NCBI RefSeq assembly: GCF_003918875.1
Contig: NW_025767021.1
Span: forward strand, 124,001-188,000
Direction: 5' to 3'
From: Haliotis rubra
Taxonomy: Eukaryota
DNA: 64,000 nucleotides
In this document: positions 41,501 through 56,500 of the stretch, in pieces
Layout: every line of letters starts with the position of its first letter
Numbering within the stretch: position 1 is the first letter of the stretch
Notes under the pieces: model-generated
The model's input: only the letters and a program-made list of their open reading frames with translations
What the model was told of the DNA's origin: nothing
Databases searched by the model: none
Made by a program: the position numbers and the translations under genes

Positions 41501-44500
41501 CAACTCAAGAATAAACCAATGTTTTAAGTGAAGGACAGAACATGCCTCCATGGGCTTGGTTTTGTAAGTAAAGGGTTAAGTGAGGTTCTACAGAACAGCA
41601 CTGAAAGCTCCTTTGAAAATGACTTGGCATATCAAAAGCAGAGTTGTTACTGGTCCATCCTCAGTTATAGAAAATATAGACACATAGTAAGATGACAACC
41701 TGGAAGTTGACAATCATATGTCCATTTGAACCCAATAATTTGCTTACAAGCAGATGAAGACACTTTAGAAGGTGAACATTTGAAACATGTTCACAGTTAA
41801 ACTACCTCTGGCGATGGTGAACTCCGAAGTCTTGCCCCAGGCTCTGGAACAATGAGAGCTTCTGCCCCACCTGGCGCCGCCCCACCTGGAGCTGCCCCAC
41901 CAGCACCGGGACCAGCTGCGGGGCGGGGTGGGGGCTTGTCAGGGCGAGAGGGAGCTGTTGGGGGTCGACTCGGCGGACCTGCAGGAGGTCCACTAGGGGG
42001 TCCTCCAGGGATGTCAGTTGGTATTTCCTCCTGTACAGCGGGGCTGTTGCGGCCTGTGACAAACAATGGATGTCTGAGTGGGTGGATATTTCAGTGAGTG
42101 GCTGGGTGGGTGGATATTTCAGTGAGTGGTTTGAGTGAGTGGCTGGGTGGGTGGATATTTCAGTGAGTGGCTGGGTGGGTGGATATTTCGGTGAGTGGCT
42201 GGGTGGGTGAATATTTCAGTGAGTGGTTTGAGTGGCTGGGTGGGTGGATATTTCAGTAAGTGGCTGGGTGGGTGGATATTTCAGTGAGTGGTTTGAGTGA
42301 GTGGCTGGGTGGGTGGATATTTCAGTGAGTGGTTTAAGTGAGTGATGTTTGAATCGCTGTCAATTCGTAACCAATACAGTTCACTGACTGCAATACATGC
42401 AAGACACAATGACAGAAGTTATGATTATCAATAGCAATGGGGACATGACAACACCATGTGATAATTTTGTACAAAACAAGTGATGGAGGAAGTCAATGTA
42501 TTCAGAATGTAGAAAGCTGACGATGTAAGTACAGTGAAATCAGTAAGTTTCCCAGCATTACATAATTATGGGAGAAGGACTGGTCCCAGGGTCCATGAGA
42601 AATTATCTTGCCTCACACATAATGCAATTTTTGGATTAAAATTGATATTTTATACTTATCCTGACTCATGCTTAATTGCTTGTCTTCTTTTTCTTGCAAA
42701 TGATAGTGGAACACTTGAATCCCCTTTTGAAGCTCCCTTCAAAAAATCGGACATAAAATCACTCACCCAGTGTTACCTCCCTTAGGTATTTTGGCGGCAA
42801 AATCTGTCACATGACCAAACACACTCTTCACTCTCTCCAAATATGAGCCCGACACCCGGATTACAGGGAATCCAGAATGCCATGAGGGGAGGTTGGGAGG
42901 TCTGACCTCATGAGTCAGGATAAGTATAAAATATCAATTTCAATAAAAAAAAGTACATTTTATGCAACTCCATGTCTTGATGCTCGCATCAAGTGGAGAA
43001 GCGACCCTTCTTCATGTACGAGTAAGTCCTTTACAAGTACAGGGTCCGTCACTCATGCTGGCCTGTCCTAGACGGGCGCATGGACTCTAAAGCTCTAGCT
43101 CTTCAGAGCGTTGGCTTTTACAAGTCACGTGATAAAAGGGTGATATTCATCTCAGCGCCTTTGAGGAACCGTCAATTGTTGTGCTACAACAAGAGGCCCA
43201 AACTGGTGAATGCCGGAGACGTCCTCGGTAGCAATGTCTCTGAGGTAGTGGTTGGCAAACACCGTCTCCGACTTCCAAAAGCAGCCCTCCATTATTGTCG
43301 AGATGGAGCAGTTTCCAAACAGAGCGAGTGTCAATGCCAGCGCTCTGACTGCATGAGGGTTGGAGGCTCGTTGAGGCTCAAGTCCTGCTGCTTTGTAGGC
43401 TCTTAGGATGACAGCTCTCATCCATATCGATATTGTCGTACGTGAGACCTCTGTAGCTGTCTCCGTTGATAGAGGGATGAAAAGGCGCTTGAATTTTCGT
43501 CTCCTCGTCTTAGACCTTTTGTAGGTAGACTTTCAATGCTCTGACTGGGCATAAGGATAGGTCCAGAGTATCCTGTGGCCCAAAGACTGTCGAGAGTGCT
43601 GGGATGTGGAACTGTCTGTCTGGTTGACCGGCCAGTTGTTCTTTGCTATGAAGTCCCATCTCAATCCCAGATGTACGATGTTACGATGTGCATCAAATCG
43701 TATTCGTTCAAAGTCCAGAGCATGTATTTCCGACATCCGAGTTGCTGTTGCCAAGGCGATCAAGAACAGAGTTTTGTGTGTTGAAAAGTCATAGGATGTC
43801 CTTTCTAGTGGTTCGTAAGTGTCACTGGTGAGATGCTGCAAGACTACGTTGAGATCCCAAGCAGGCGCTTTAAATTTCTTTTGTTGGTCTTCCAACTTAA
43901 AGGAGCGTAGTAGAGCCAGTATCTCTGGTACTTTGGTCAGCTTAACACCCGTCTTCATGGTGATAACCGCGCTGAGGGCCGCTAGGTATGTAGAGAAATT
44001 TTAACCTTTTAACCGCCTCGTTTGTCTTAGATGACAAAGGTATTCCGCCACTTGAGGATGTGTTGCTCTTCATCGCCATGAAGCCCTTCTTCAATGCATA
44101 TTTCTCAAAACTCTGCCACTTGTCATCGTACAAGTTGCGGGTTGATCTACATAGAGCTAGTGTGACTGCTTTCGCTGCTCTGGCGGAATATCCTCTTTTC
44201 TTCAAGCAAGTCTTGATACGCTCCATGCGTGTAGCTGGAATACTGTTGGATTTCCGTGTACTTGCTTGGTGTGCGGATGAATTAGTAGGTTCGGCCACTC
44301 TGGGAGTTGCAGGGTTGGACTTCCGAGTTCTTGTATGAGGATGGGAAACCACACCCTCGCTGGCCAGTAGGGCACAACCAAAATCAGTTGCAGCTTCTTC
44401 GTCTTCTTGATTTTCTGCAACACCTGCGGTATTAGAGCTGGAGATGCAAACGCGTAAGCGTTCAGTCCTTCCCAGGAGATGCTTAGAGCATCTGTTGTCC

Positions 44501-47500
44501 ATGCTTGTGGATCCGTGACCAGAGAGACGAATGTTGGTAGTTGTTTGTTGAACTTTGTAGCAAACAGGTCTATCAGCGGAGATCCTATCCTCTGTATCAT
44601 GCATCTGAAGGCTTCTGGATGTAACATCGGTTCCGTCAGGGATGGTTGTGTTGGAAGAGATAGGGCGTCTGCTATCACATTCTTGGCTCCGGGAATGTGG
44701 CATGCTTTAATGTTGATGTTCAGGTTGTCTATTATGCTGAACAGATGAAAGCTGAGGTCTAGAAGATTCCTTGACCTTGTTGATCCTTGTTTGTTGATGT
44801 AGAACGCCACTGTGGAGTTGTCCATATGGATCATCAGTTGTGCGTTCCTTAGTATGCTGGACCAGTGTAATAAGGCGTTTATTACTGCTTTCATCTCGAG
44901 CATGTTGATGTGCAGACTCTGCTCCTGACTCGACCATTTCCCTGCTGCCACTTCGTTGTCGAGGTGGACTCCCCATCCTTGAAGTGATGCATCTACGTAG
45001 AGGTGAGTGTTGCACTCCGGCTCTGATAAGTAGGTTCCTCCGCAAACATTCGACTTCCGAGTCCACCATAGAAGATATGGTTTCAGTGTCTAGATGAGCG
45101 TTCACAAACACTTGTAGTGGGTGCAGTTGTACTCTTCCTCTGCGTGTCATGTCTTGTGCTGATGTGAGAAGACCAAGTAGGCTCTGGCCAACTTCATAGT
45201 GGTAACGGAGAGAGTAGTGCTTGAGATATCATGTGTTGTATCTTGACCCAACGCTCCTCTGGGACGACTATGCGATTCGCCGATGTGATGAGCCGTATTC
45301 CTAGGAATTGAAGATCCTGTGTGGGTTCTAGTTCCGACTTAAGGAGAGTTACTAGCCATCCTAGTTGAGTGAGCAGCCTGATGGGGAAGTCTAATTGCAG
45401 TCTGAGTTGACTGGGATCTTTATGAGCTTGAATCCCGTCGTCCAGGTAAACGCACTGCGTAGACCTTGATGATGTAGATATGTGATGATGGGCTTTGTCA
45501 CTCGAGTTAACAAACAGGGGGCCGATGATATTCCAAATGGTAGCACCTTCAATTGGAAATGACGTCCGTTGAAGAGGAATCGTAGGTATCTCCTAGAGTC
45601 CTGTAGATCTATGCTGGCGAGGTAGTCTAACGGACAAACGAGTTGTCGCAATTGAGGAAGGTGTATCATCCTGAATTTTGTGGGTCTGCCTAGATAATCT
45701 TGGTTGAATTTCCTCATGTTGTAGATGAGTCGGAACTTTTCCCTGGAATTTTTCTTTGGTACCAGGAAGATTGGGGAGTAAAAACCGGGCGTGACGAGCT
45801 CCTGTTTTATCTCTTCGACTGCCTCCTTCTCGAGTAGAGTTGTGATGGCATCAAGTAGGTTCTCCCTCTGGTCGGCAGCATAGTTGTGGGCCAGAGAGTT
45901 GCTTGTCAACAGTGGTACTGCTTGTAGTTGTATCTTGTATCCTCTGCATAGGATCTGGGATACGTCAGTCGTCCTGAAGAATTCCCCAATTCATCCCAGT
46001 AGTGTTGCAGACGTCCACCCACTTTTGATGAAGTTTGTATGGGAACGGCTGGAGGTGGAAGACTCCAGTCGTTCCAAACCCATCCTTCAGCGTCTAAAGT
46101 TCCTGGCACCTCTGGGTGCTCTCCTCTGGAGTTGCCGTATTTCTTTTCCCTGGCTCTCTGTATCCCCGTAAACTTCGACTTACCGGAGTAGCGTTGCCAT
46201 GTCTGACGGATAACACTGGCCAGTGTATCGATGGACTTGATCATCATTACCTCCCTTGACTCTTTCGTAACTTCTTTGGCCATGTCCTCAATTTCCCCTG
46301 CGAAGATAGATGATGCTGACCACGGAGCTCTGTACAGTGTCTTGGTGAAGCGCTCACTCCAACTGCAGGAAGACAGCAATCAGGCCCACTGATGTGGATG
46401 ACAGATGTTTGGACATAAACTGATGATCTTTCTTTGGGACAGCAATGCAGAGTAAATCATTCTATCTTCTTCAGAGGTCGAGTTCCTGAACTTCGTGATG
46501 AGGGTTTCATTGATGGCTCTTGACCTGGCTAGACCAAAGAAGGTAGGTCTGGTAGTTTTGTCTAGTTGTGCCAGCTTCTTATCCTCTATTTTATAAGTCC
46601 TTGGTCGGGAGTCGTTGATGATTTTGTAGTTCTCATCTATCTCTGGGGCCTTCATGATATGGTTCCATGTGGTGAAGTGAGGCGCTGAATGGCGGGAAGC
46701 TTTGGCTCTGGAACTTTGTTGCCTTCCTGAAGGCTGTGCTGAGGTTCTCCGGTACATCCGAGACAGGATCGATGGGTGGAAGGGTAAGTGTTTCAAAGTC
46801 GTCGTTCGACATCATATATGTGAATGCTTCATTATCCTCTTTAGAAGGTGATGCAAGTTCCAATCCATTAGCCATCCAAGATTTGATCGCTGTATCGGAG
46901 AATATGATTCCGTCATCATCTTCAGATCTAGAGGCCTCTGTTTCTGAAGATCGTCGCCGTTGTGCCTCCTTCCTGCGTGGAGATCTGCATGGAGACCTGC
47001 GTGGAAACCTGTGTGGAGACCTGGGTGAAGATGTGCCTGAAGACCTTCCTGAAGACCTTCTTGAAGACCTGCGTGCAGGTGACCGGTTCAGATAAGGATC
47101 CTCCCTGGAGTCTTATCTCTGTGCCTTCGTGAAGGTGTAGATTCTCTTCTACGGGATGCGGGGTACATGCATGCAGGCTCCTGATGGCTGTCCGTATCTG
47201 AGGTCGAGGATGATCTGCTTCTGCGATGCTCCGGTGAACATCTGGTTCTGCTCCTGCCCGAAGGCTCCTCTGGAACATCTACTGCAGATTCATCGTTGTC
47301 AGGGCTGGCAGGTTCTCGGGAAGTTGCCGTGGACAATCGTCGAGTGCATGACCCTTCACATAGGTTCCCTCCTTCACACAGGCTACCATCTTCAACAGGA
47401 TGCGATCTGCAGGCTGCTTGTCCTTCGTGCAGGCTCGACGTAGATAGGGCCTTCGCCGCAGCCTTCTCCTGCGCGAACCTCCGTTCCATCAGGTCCAACA

Positions 47501-50500
47501 TCTGCTGAGTAAGCTGCTGCATGAAGATACCCGGGTTGAAATTCTGCGACGACAGCTGCTGCTGCTGCAAAGATGACGACGCATCTGAAAGTGCTGAGGC
47601 TTCTTCCAAGGAACGCTGTGCTTGTGAAGAACTGCCGCCTCTGGTATCTGATGTCTGCGTTGATAGAACGTCTGACTGCATTGAGATGACTGCTGACGTC
47701 ACTGTAGAAGAAGATCTCGTCTTTTTCTTAACTGCTACGTCAGGAATGAGGATGGTTGGCTCGTCATATACGTCTACTTCGTCTGAAGGGATGATCTCTG
47801 CAGCGAAGGACCTCGTCTTCTGCGCTGCCCCATGGGAAGACTTCGCCGAAGTCTTATCTGCAGACAACTTCTTTTTCTGAGAAGACGATGCCCTGGTCTT
47901 CTTAGACTGCGATGAGGCTACTACTGACATTGATGACCTCTTCCTGGAGCCGGAGCTTCCATCTGCCACAGCAACATGCTCCGTAGGACAGCAATAAACG
48001 GTTATCAGCGCAATCACTCGATTTAGACATGACTTGTAAAAGCCGTCTAGACCTGTCCTTGGCACATCTAAGAATGGAATATAAATAATTATTAAATTCA
48101 ATTTCAGATAAATGCTGACAAAGTTGACAGCGTAAGCTGGAAGAACATGTAGAAGTACAATTAGGACATAATAAATGCGGATCAGCAACCGACAACCGGT
48201 ATCTGCAATGACTGCAAGTTTTCATCAAATGTAAACAAGATGAAATATCATGTCAACAACGTGGATAAACAGATAATTTAGACAAATATTTCAAACCATA
48301 TCGCTGGTATATCTTCTTAAATGCTGTATACAGCTAATTTAGTGGTAAAGGCCTAAAAATAAAAGGATATAGTGCCGTATAGGGGACCGAGGCGCTCTCA
48401 CAACCGTCCTCTAGGGCGAAGAAGGAGAGAGTGAAGAGCGTGTTTGGTCATGTGACAGATTTTGCCAACAAAATACCTAAGGGAGGTAACACTGGGTGAG
48501 TGATTTTACGTCCGCTTTTTTTAAGGGAGCTTCAAAAGGGGATTCAAGTGTTTCTCTATCATTCGCAAGAAGAAGGAGACAAGCAATTAAGTATGAGTAC
48601 GGATAAGGAAATATTATGTCGTTTTCTGATTGGCTGAGCGTTCTTCTATTATTTTCAATGTACCCTGCGTACAAGCGAGTAACATTTTCTATGTACCCCG
48701 CTGGGAATGCTGAACTCATTAGGTACTTCGTAGTAGTAAGTCTTTATCTCGAATAACATTGAATCACGTATGATGTACCTAAATTACCGATGTTTTGCAA
48801 ATGCAAATTGATGGAAGGGAGATAACTCTAAATTTGTATTTCTTGTCATCTTGTTGTCTGGTACTCAATACTATGATCCAATACCCGTGCTTCAAACAGT
48901 TCAAAATTATCATTGAGATGTTCGGTAAGATGAATATGTTGTTCACTGGTCCCTCGGGGCCCATGTGTTGATCTACCCTCAATGTTTCTCAGGGAACATA
49001 AACAAACATCAAGGGTACATCAGCCCATGTCCCCCTCAAGACCAGTGAACGCAAAATTGTCCTATGATACACGAAACTTGGCAAACCCTACAGCCTTAAC
49101 CGTTAACATATCAAATGGGTCAAATCAGCACCCAACATACAAAGTGCATAACACTGTCTGTGAGTTCTTAAATTATCTCGCTGTTGGGGGTAGAGGATGT
49201 AAAAGTTTCAACTCAGTCCAGTGATTTCAAAATGTCCTTTAATCTCAAGTTCCGAGCTTTCTTACTACACTTCTTCACAATCCAATCCACACAATGACAG
49301 AATAACAGTACCTAAACGTTAATTTAACAGTGACTAGACAATGTCTAGGCAATTAATGCACAGTGGCTGGACAGGTTGAAAAACCGTATGTCCTCTAAGC
49401 CCACAACACACAATTCTATAACACTCTCTTAGAAACTTAAAAACATGTCTTACTGCTTCAGTATCTTAAAGCTCTCTGTCCCTTTCTCACACTCTTTCAT
49501 TCCACATGTGTCGCTTAAATTCTTGGTCGGCCACTTATCGTGGTTGATCAGGTCAGAACCCATAGGACCCCAAGAAGACAATTAGTCTATAAGTCTTAGT
49601 TGCAGTGGTAAATCACAGCTGCCACCAGTCCTGTGAATGTAGCCTCGGGACATTTGCTGGCAGCAGGGGCTGGCAGATTCTTATGTCTCGACTAATATCT
49701 ATATACTAAGCACATGCAGCCTCTCACACACAAACCCTAACAAAGTTACAAATATAATATTTTGCATGTACAGCAAATGCCTAAAATTCGGCTCTAACAT
49801 TCCAGCCCCTAATTGTTACTTATATCTGAATGTAACAATTACCATGAAATTATATAGAGCGAATTTTTTACTTTAAACAATGTCATCCTAAGCTACATTA
49901 GTTGACTTAACAACTAGACGTTATAACAGTGGACATTCTCTCTGAGTTATAATCTTAGTATATTACAGTATGCAAGAACTAATCGAACATATTAGTCGAT
50001 GCTCTTCGTCTTAACTTCAGATTCGTTACAAGTTACAGTCTCAAAACACAGTTTAAGTGTCACTCTCAAGAAGCAAGCACAGCTTGCTGATTGGTCTGTC
50101 CAAAACCTTTGTCTGGGTTTTCACTTCGACACGTCTAACAACACCCTTTCTATCTGGCATAAGCTTCACAACTTTGCCCATTGCCCAGGAATTTCTAGGT
50201 GCTGTATTGTCCACTATGAGCACGATGTCACCAATCTTCAAATTTCTTCTTATCTTCACCCACTTCTGTCGTTCTTGTAGTAATGGCAGATACTCTCTTA
50301 ACCATCTCTTCCAGAACAAATCCGCCATATACTGCACTTGGCCACCGACGCCTTGGATATGAACCACCCAAGTCAGACATACCCGGCGGCAAATTCGGTT
50401 TTCTCTTCATGAGCAGCAAGTGATTTGGAGTGAGTGCTTCCAAATCATTTGGGTCACTTGATGCTTTGGATATAGGTCTATTGTTAACAATAGCCTCTAT

Positions 50501-53500
50501 CTCACACAGCACTGTTCGTAAGGTTTCATCGTCCAAAGTTTGTTCTCTTACGAGTGATCTTAATACCTTCCTCACAGTTCTGATTTGTCGCCTCCCACAC
50601 GCCACCATGGTGGGAACCTGTCGGAGGATTGAATGTCCATTCAATACTTCTTTGTAGCATCTCTTGTTGAATCTGACATTTGTTCCATTTCTCAATTTCT
50701 TCCCTTAACTCACGCTCACTTCCAAACGGTTGGTGCCATTATCTGATCTGATGACTTTCACTTGACCTCTTCTAGCGATGAAACGAGCGCAGTGCATTTA
50801 TACAAGAGTCAGTGTCTAAACTATGTGCCACTTCTATGTGCACTGCACGTGTTGTAAGGCACGTGAACAAAACTCCAAATCTTTTTTCGTGCTTTCTTCT
50901 GCATTTTACGTCGAATGGACCAAAGTAATCCACTCCAACAAAGGTGAACGGAGGTTCATCGGGAGTCACACGGTGAGCAGGCAAGTCAGCCATCTTTTGA
51001 TTACCTGCTTCAGCATGGGTACGCCAGCAAGTCACGCATCTGTGTAGTTCTTGTCTCACTGCTGCATTGGCTTTGATAATCCAATATTTCTCAAACAATT
51101 TTGAAAGTACAAAATATCTGCCTGAATGTCCACACTCATGATGGATGTGGCGAATTATCAGTTCTGACACATGAGATTTCTTTGGTAGAATCACTGGGTG
51201 CATCGCGCTCTCTGGCATGTTGGCCCTACTTAAACGTCCACCCACTCTAATATACCATCTTCTACAAATGGGTCAAGCTTGGAGATTGGACTGCCTTTGC
51301 TCAGATTAAGTCCATTGTTTGAGGTTAGTCTTTCAAGCTCACTTGAAAAGTTCTGCTGTTGAACATACCGAATAATGGCTTTCTCTGATTCTTCCAATTC
51401 TTTTACTGTCAACACGACAGGCTTCCTTTTCTGTGGTGTTAAACCTGCCTTCTTCATTTTACTCCGATCTAGGAGTACTTCCCGTATCCTGAGTACCCAT
51501 GCAATAGCCTTCTTCAGAGCAAACCAGTCCGAATAGTGACTGATAAGGCTATCTACTTCTTTGCATGGCTTTCTGTAGTCTATCTGGTTGACCTGGGCAA
51601 CCTTCCTTAGTTCCACATCTTTCGATGGAATGTCAGTTGAAATGTGTGTCTGTTGGGGCCACATTTCTTCATTTTCCCATAAGAACTCTGTTCCAGAAAT
51701 CCATCTGGTATCTTTCAGAAATGCATCTATTGACAGTCCTCGAGATGCTTTCGTCTGTGGGATTGTTTTGAGTATCCACATATTTCCATTGTGATGGGAC
51801 TGACCCTTCATGAATCACTGATAGCCTATTTGCTACAAAGGTGTGGAATCGCTTTGAATCATTGGCGATGTATCTTAAAACTGACATGCTGTCTGTCCAG
51901 AAGTAGGTTTGATCAACTGAAATCTCCAGCTCACGTTTGAGCATGCTGTCCACTCGTATTGCTAAAGTCGCAGCTGATAGCTCCATTCTTGGGATTGTGA
52001 TGGTCTTAAGTGGAGCAACTCTAGACTTGCTAATAAGAAATGAGCAATTAACTTGTCCAGTGGTACTGACTTGTCTTAAATAGGAAACAGTTCCATAACC
52101 CTTTTGACTGGCATCTGAGAAGTGGTGTATTTGGGATATTGCATTCTGATCACTATCCTTGGGTTGAATGCACCTTCTTATCTTCATTTCCTCAAGCCTT
52201 TGTAGTTCTGACAACCATTTGGTCCAGTCTTTCTGGGACGGAATAGGAATGACGTCGTCCCATCCTATCTTAAGTCTGGAAAGGTCTTGTAGAATGCCCT
52301 TTGCTTTGAGAACAAAAGGACCTGCAAATCCCAGTGGATCATATATGGAGCTGACAGTTGACAGAATACCTCTTCTCGTTACTGGTTTGTCTTTGACTGC
52401 TATCCTGAACTTAAATGTGTCTGATTCGACACACCATTGTACACCTAATGCCCTCTCCACTGGCAAGGCATCATCTATGTCTAAGTCTTTAACTTCTTTG
52501 GCTCGATCCTCTTCTGGGATTGAGTTTATTGCAGCTCTGCTGTTACTTATCCATTTTGTCAAACGGAATCCACCTTTACTGCAGATTTCTCTCAGTTTCT
52601 GTGACATCTCAATCGCTATTTCGTCAGACGCGACTGACATGAGACAGTCATCCACATAGAAACTCTTTTCAAGGGCATGGGTCACATTGTTGCTAAACAT
52701 GTCCTTGTTGTCTTTTGCTGTTTCTTTCAGTGCAAAGTTGGCACAAGTTGGTGAAGAGACAGCGCCAAACAAGTGCACTTTCATCTGATATTCCTGTAAT
52801 TCTTCATCGAGATTTCCATTGGGCCACCAAAGGAATCTTAGAACATCATAATCATCTGGTTCAACTCTGACCTGGTAAAACATGGCTTCAATGTCCGCCA
52901 TTAGAGCTATTGGTTCTTGGCGAAATCTCAGGAACACTCCAATTAAGGCATTGGTGAGATCCGGCCCCTGTAGCAGGTGGTCATTTAGTGATTTTCCTCT
53001 GTATTCTGCTGCACAGTCAAATACTACTCTTATCTTATCTGGTTTCTTTGGATGGTATACACCATGATGTGGTATGTACCACACCTTCCCATCCTGACGA
53101 TCTTTCTTACTCTCGGGAACCCTTTGGGCATAATCTTTGTCTAGGAGATCCTTCATAAAGCCTTTGTAATCTCTGTAGAAATCATCATTCTTCAGAAACT
53201 TCTTCTTAAGCGAAATGGCTCTTTCTTTGGCCTGTATTTTATTGTTTGTAATTTGATTTTGGAATCTTTGAATGGCAGAGACATCTGGTAGTGTCCTCCT
53301 GTTAATCTCTTGGATGAGTTCATTATATCCAAGAAATGCTGATCATTTCTTGACAGTTCTTCTTTATCATTGCTGAGGCCCTCGTTAAATTCTCTGTGGA
53401 AGTATCCTCTCAACTGATGATCAAGGGACTCATCTGCTAGAACATCAGTTCTGTTGACTGAGATCTTGCTGGGAGATTCAGATTCCTGGACAAGCCCATT

Positions 53501-56500
53501 TACCATCCAGCTAAGAATCGTTCTTACAGCATAGGGTCCGTTACCATGACTGTTGACTATTTCCAGGGGTTCCAATGCCATAGGTACATTGTTGCCTATT
53601 AGCAGCCCTATCTCTGCATCTATAGGTGGTAGTGTGACGTCCCATAGATGCGGCCATTGATGAATGAACTCTTCTTTGGGAATAGTGCTTGTGGAAATAG
53701 GCATTTCATCCTGTGTGAATACTGTAGGTAATTTGATCCAGTTCCTTCCATGGATGTCACCTACTTCTAGGTTTGTTAGAATGGAGGTATTCACAGACTT
53801 CTTTTGAGTCATGGTGCTGACAACTATATTTGTCATCTTCCCTGTGACATGAAGCTCGTCAGCCAACCTGCTTGTGCAGAAGGTTGCTGAACTGCCGTTG
53901 TCAAGGAAGGCATATGTCTTTACATATCTGTCCCCAGTGCCGACTTTGATTCTAACAGGAACTACAGGCATATAGCTCAAGTCTTTGAGATCTTCACTGT
54001 GACGTGTAGCCAAACTGTTGTTTGTTACAACCTTTTGGCCCGTCTGATCCTTTTCCTTCTTTAGTTTATCTTTATTGTTGTCATGGAAACACGTTGCATG
54101 TCTCATTTTGCAGATATGACAGGTCAATCTGCTGGGGCACTGGCGACTTGTGTGTCCGAACTGTAGACAGCCAAAACACAATCCCTTTGGTCTTAGAAAG
54201 TCAATTTTTTCATCCAGTGTCTTACACTGAAGTCTTATGCACATTTCCATACAGTGATCCTCGTCGCAGAACCAGCATGGCTTGGCGAATGCCCTCAAAG
54301 CTCTCTCTCGTGCTGTGAATGGCTTACTTTGTGTCTCATGAATTCGCGATTCAGATTTCGATGTATCAGTGGCAAAGCTCTTAAATCTCTTAGGTGCTTC
54401 TTTCGGGTTAGGCTTTGGTTGAGCTTGTCTGTCGTCGGCAATTGTGCCAAACAGTGGACTCGACAGTATCTGTGCTTGTCTATCCACGAAACGAGCAAGG
54501 TCTGCAAAGGTGACATTTCTTCTTTCCAAGATATCAAATGAAACTGCCCTCCATCTTTCTCTTAATTTGTATGGCAACTTTTGAATCAGTTCCCTGAGGT
54601 TTTTGGGATGTTCTAATTCTCTCATGTACTCTATATCTGCCATGGTATTTCCACAACTTGTCAGGAATATAGAAAAGCTGGTCAGTGCATCACTGTCTTC
54701 TGACTTTATAGCTGGCCATTTCAAGGCTTTGTCCATGTAAGCTGCTGCAAGCTTGTATTTGTTCCCAAATTTCTTATCCAACAATGACCTGGCTTGTTCA
54801 TAACCACTTTCCGGATTCATGTGAATACAGCTTCTTACCAAGTCATTTGGTTCACCGCTGGTGTACTGGTCCAAGTAATAGAGTCTATCCTTGGGATTAA
54901 TGGTCTTGTCTTCTATAGCATGTTCAAAAGCTCTTATGAAAGGCTTAAATTGTAATGGGTCGCCACTAAACGTAGGTATTTTCCTAAAGGGTAGACTGGC
55001 TAGCTTCTGGTGTTCTACCACAAGCTGCATTATTTCATTCTGTTGTTTACACACTTCATCGAAGTGTGTATTGCTGACTCCAGCTGGTGAGCTTGTGTTC
55101 TGGTTCAGGGTGAATTCTCTTGCAAGTGGATTCAACACTTCATTTCGGCTATTTGATGGGTTGAAGGACTTTTGGGGATGATCTTTCTTTTGCGAACCGT
55201 TAGATTCTTGGTCATATTGGTCAAAAATTGCATACTGAGCATTTGCGATTTCCACTTCTGTCTCAAGTTCTAATCTTTCTCTCCTTTGTTTTAACCTGTT
55301 CTCTTCTTCTTCCAGTTGATGCTTTTGCTCTAATCCTTTCTGTCTAGCAACAAGTTCGGCCCTTTTTGCCAAGATTTCCATTTTAGCAGAGGAGGCAGAT
55401 GATATGACTGAACCCTTACGTGTCCCGACTTGCGAAACGCTATCTTCAGGCCTTATTTCATTTTCTGTATCACAGGGTTTAATAAACGAAGCAACATTTG
55501 TCTCAAACTGTACTAAGGCACCTAACTGTGACTGGAACCAGGCTTCGTCTTCCTCTTTCGCTGATTGACTTTCAAGTTTATTGTGATAAGTTTCAGCCGA
55601 TTCTTTAAATTTCAAAAATAGCTCTTTCCATTCTTGAAACTCAATTTTTACATCATCCAGAGCGTCAGAGCTCATCAAGTATTCAATGTAGTTTACCTTT
55701 GAACACACTTGTTTATACAGGAATTTTCTTTTTTCCAATGCTGTATTCAAATTATAGCTTTGGCCCTTTTCCGTTGGTTTTCTTATTCGTGATTCTGTTA
55801 TCACAGATTTAGCATTTCTCCTAAGCTCATGAGTCAGTCCTTTATCACTGTGAACAGTATCGCTCAATGTTCTGCTTGCCATGGTGAAAAATTAGTCGAA
55901 CAGTTCGAATAATCTTGAAATAACTTACAGTTCTTGAATTCCTTAATCCTAAATGAACACACAGTTCCAATGAAATATAATCCCTCCTGTTTCTGAATAA
56001 ATACTTGAACATGTGGTCTTCTTAAATCCTGTTAGCACATCCTTGAACACATATCAGTTCCATTTGCTTGACAAGCTCAATCTTCTTTAAGAAAAACTAA
56101 ATGAATAACTTACTTCAGCTTTGAGTCCTCAATCCAGTTTGCGTTAATCCATTTTGATGATTGCACAATTCTTCCGCACAAAATTCTTTGTCCAAGTCTT
56201 AGGTTCACATCCGGGTTTTCACGGGTTTTTCAACTTTGAATGTGAGTTCTTAAATTATCTCGCTGTTGGGGGTAGAGGATGTAAAAGTTTCAACTCAGTC
56301 CAGTGATTTCAAAATGTCCTTTAATCTCAAGTTCCGAGCTTTCTTACTACACTTCTTCACAATCCAATCCACACAATGACAGAATAACAGTACCTAAACG
56401 TTAATTTAACAGTGACTAGACAATGTCTAGGCAATTAATGCACAGTGGCTGGACAATAGCTGGACAGTGGCTGGACAGGTTGAAAAACCGTATGTCCTCT

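Larger units (their letters stand above)
42621..48611 (-). mobile_element. DIRS1-like tyrosine-recombinase retrotransposon, structurally complete but ORF-disrupted
   Basis: Inverted terminal repeats ~42655-42838 / ~48424-48607; internal complementary region 42908-42962; minus-strand start TTT; no TSD seen. Domain order gag, RT, RNase H, methyltransferase-like, YR. Confidence 0.92.

Noticed and set aside
48620-49050. Crypton-like fragment (inverted gttcactggtc / gaccagtgaac)
   Set aside because: Too short and decayed to classify without a library search.
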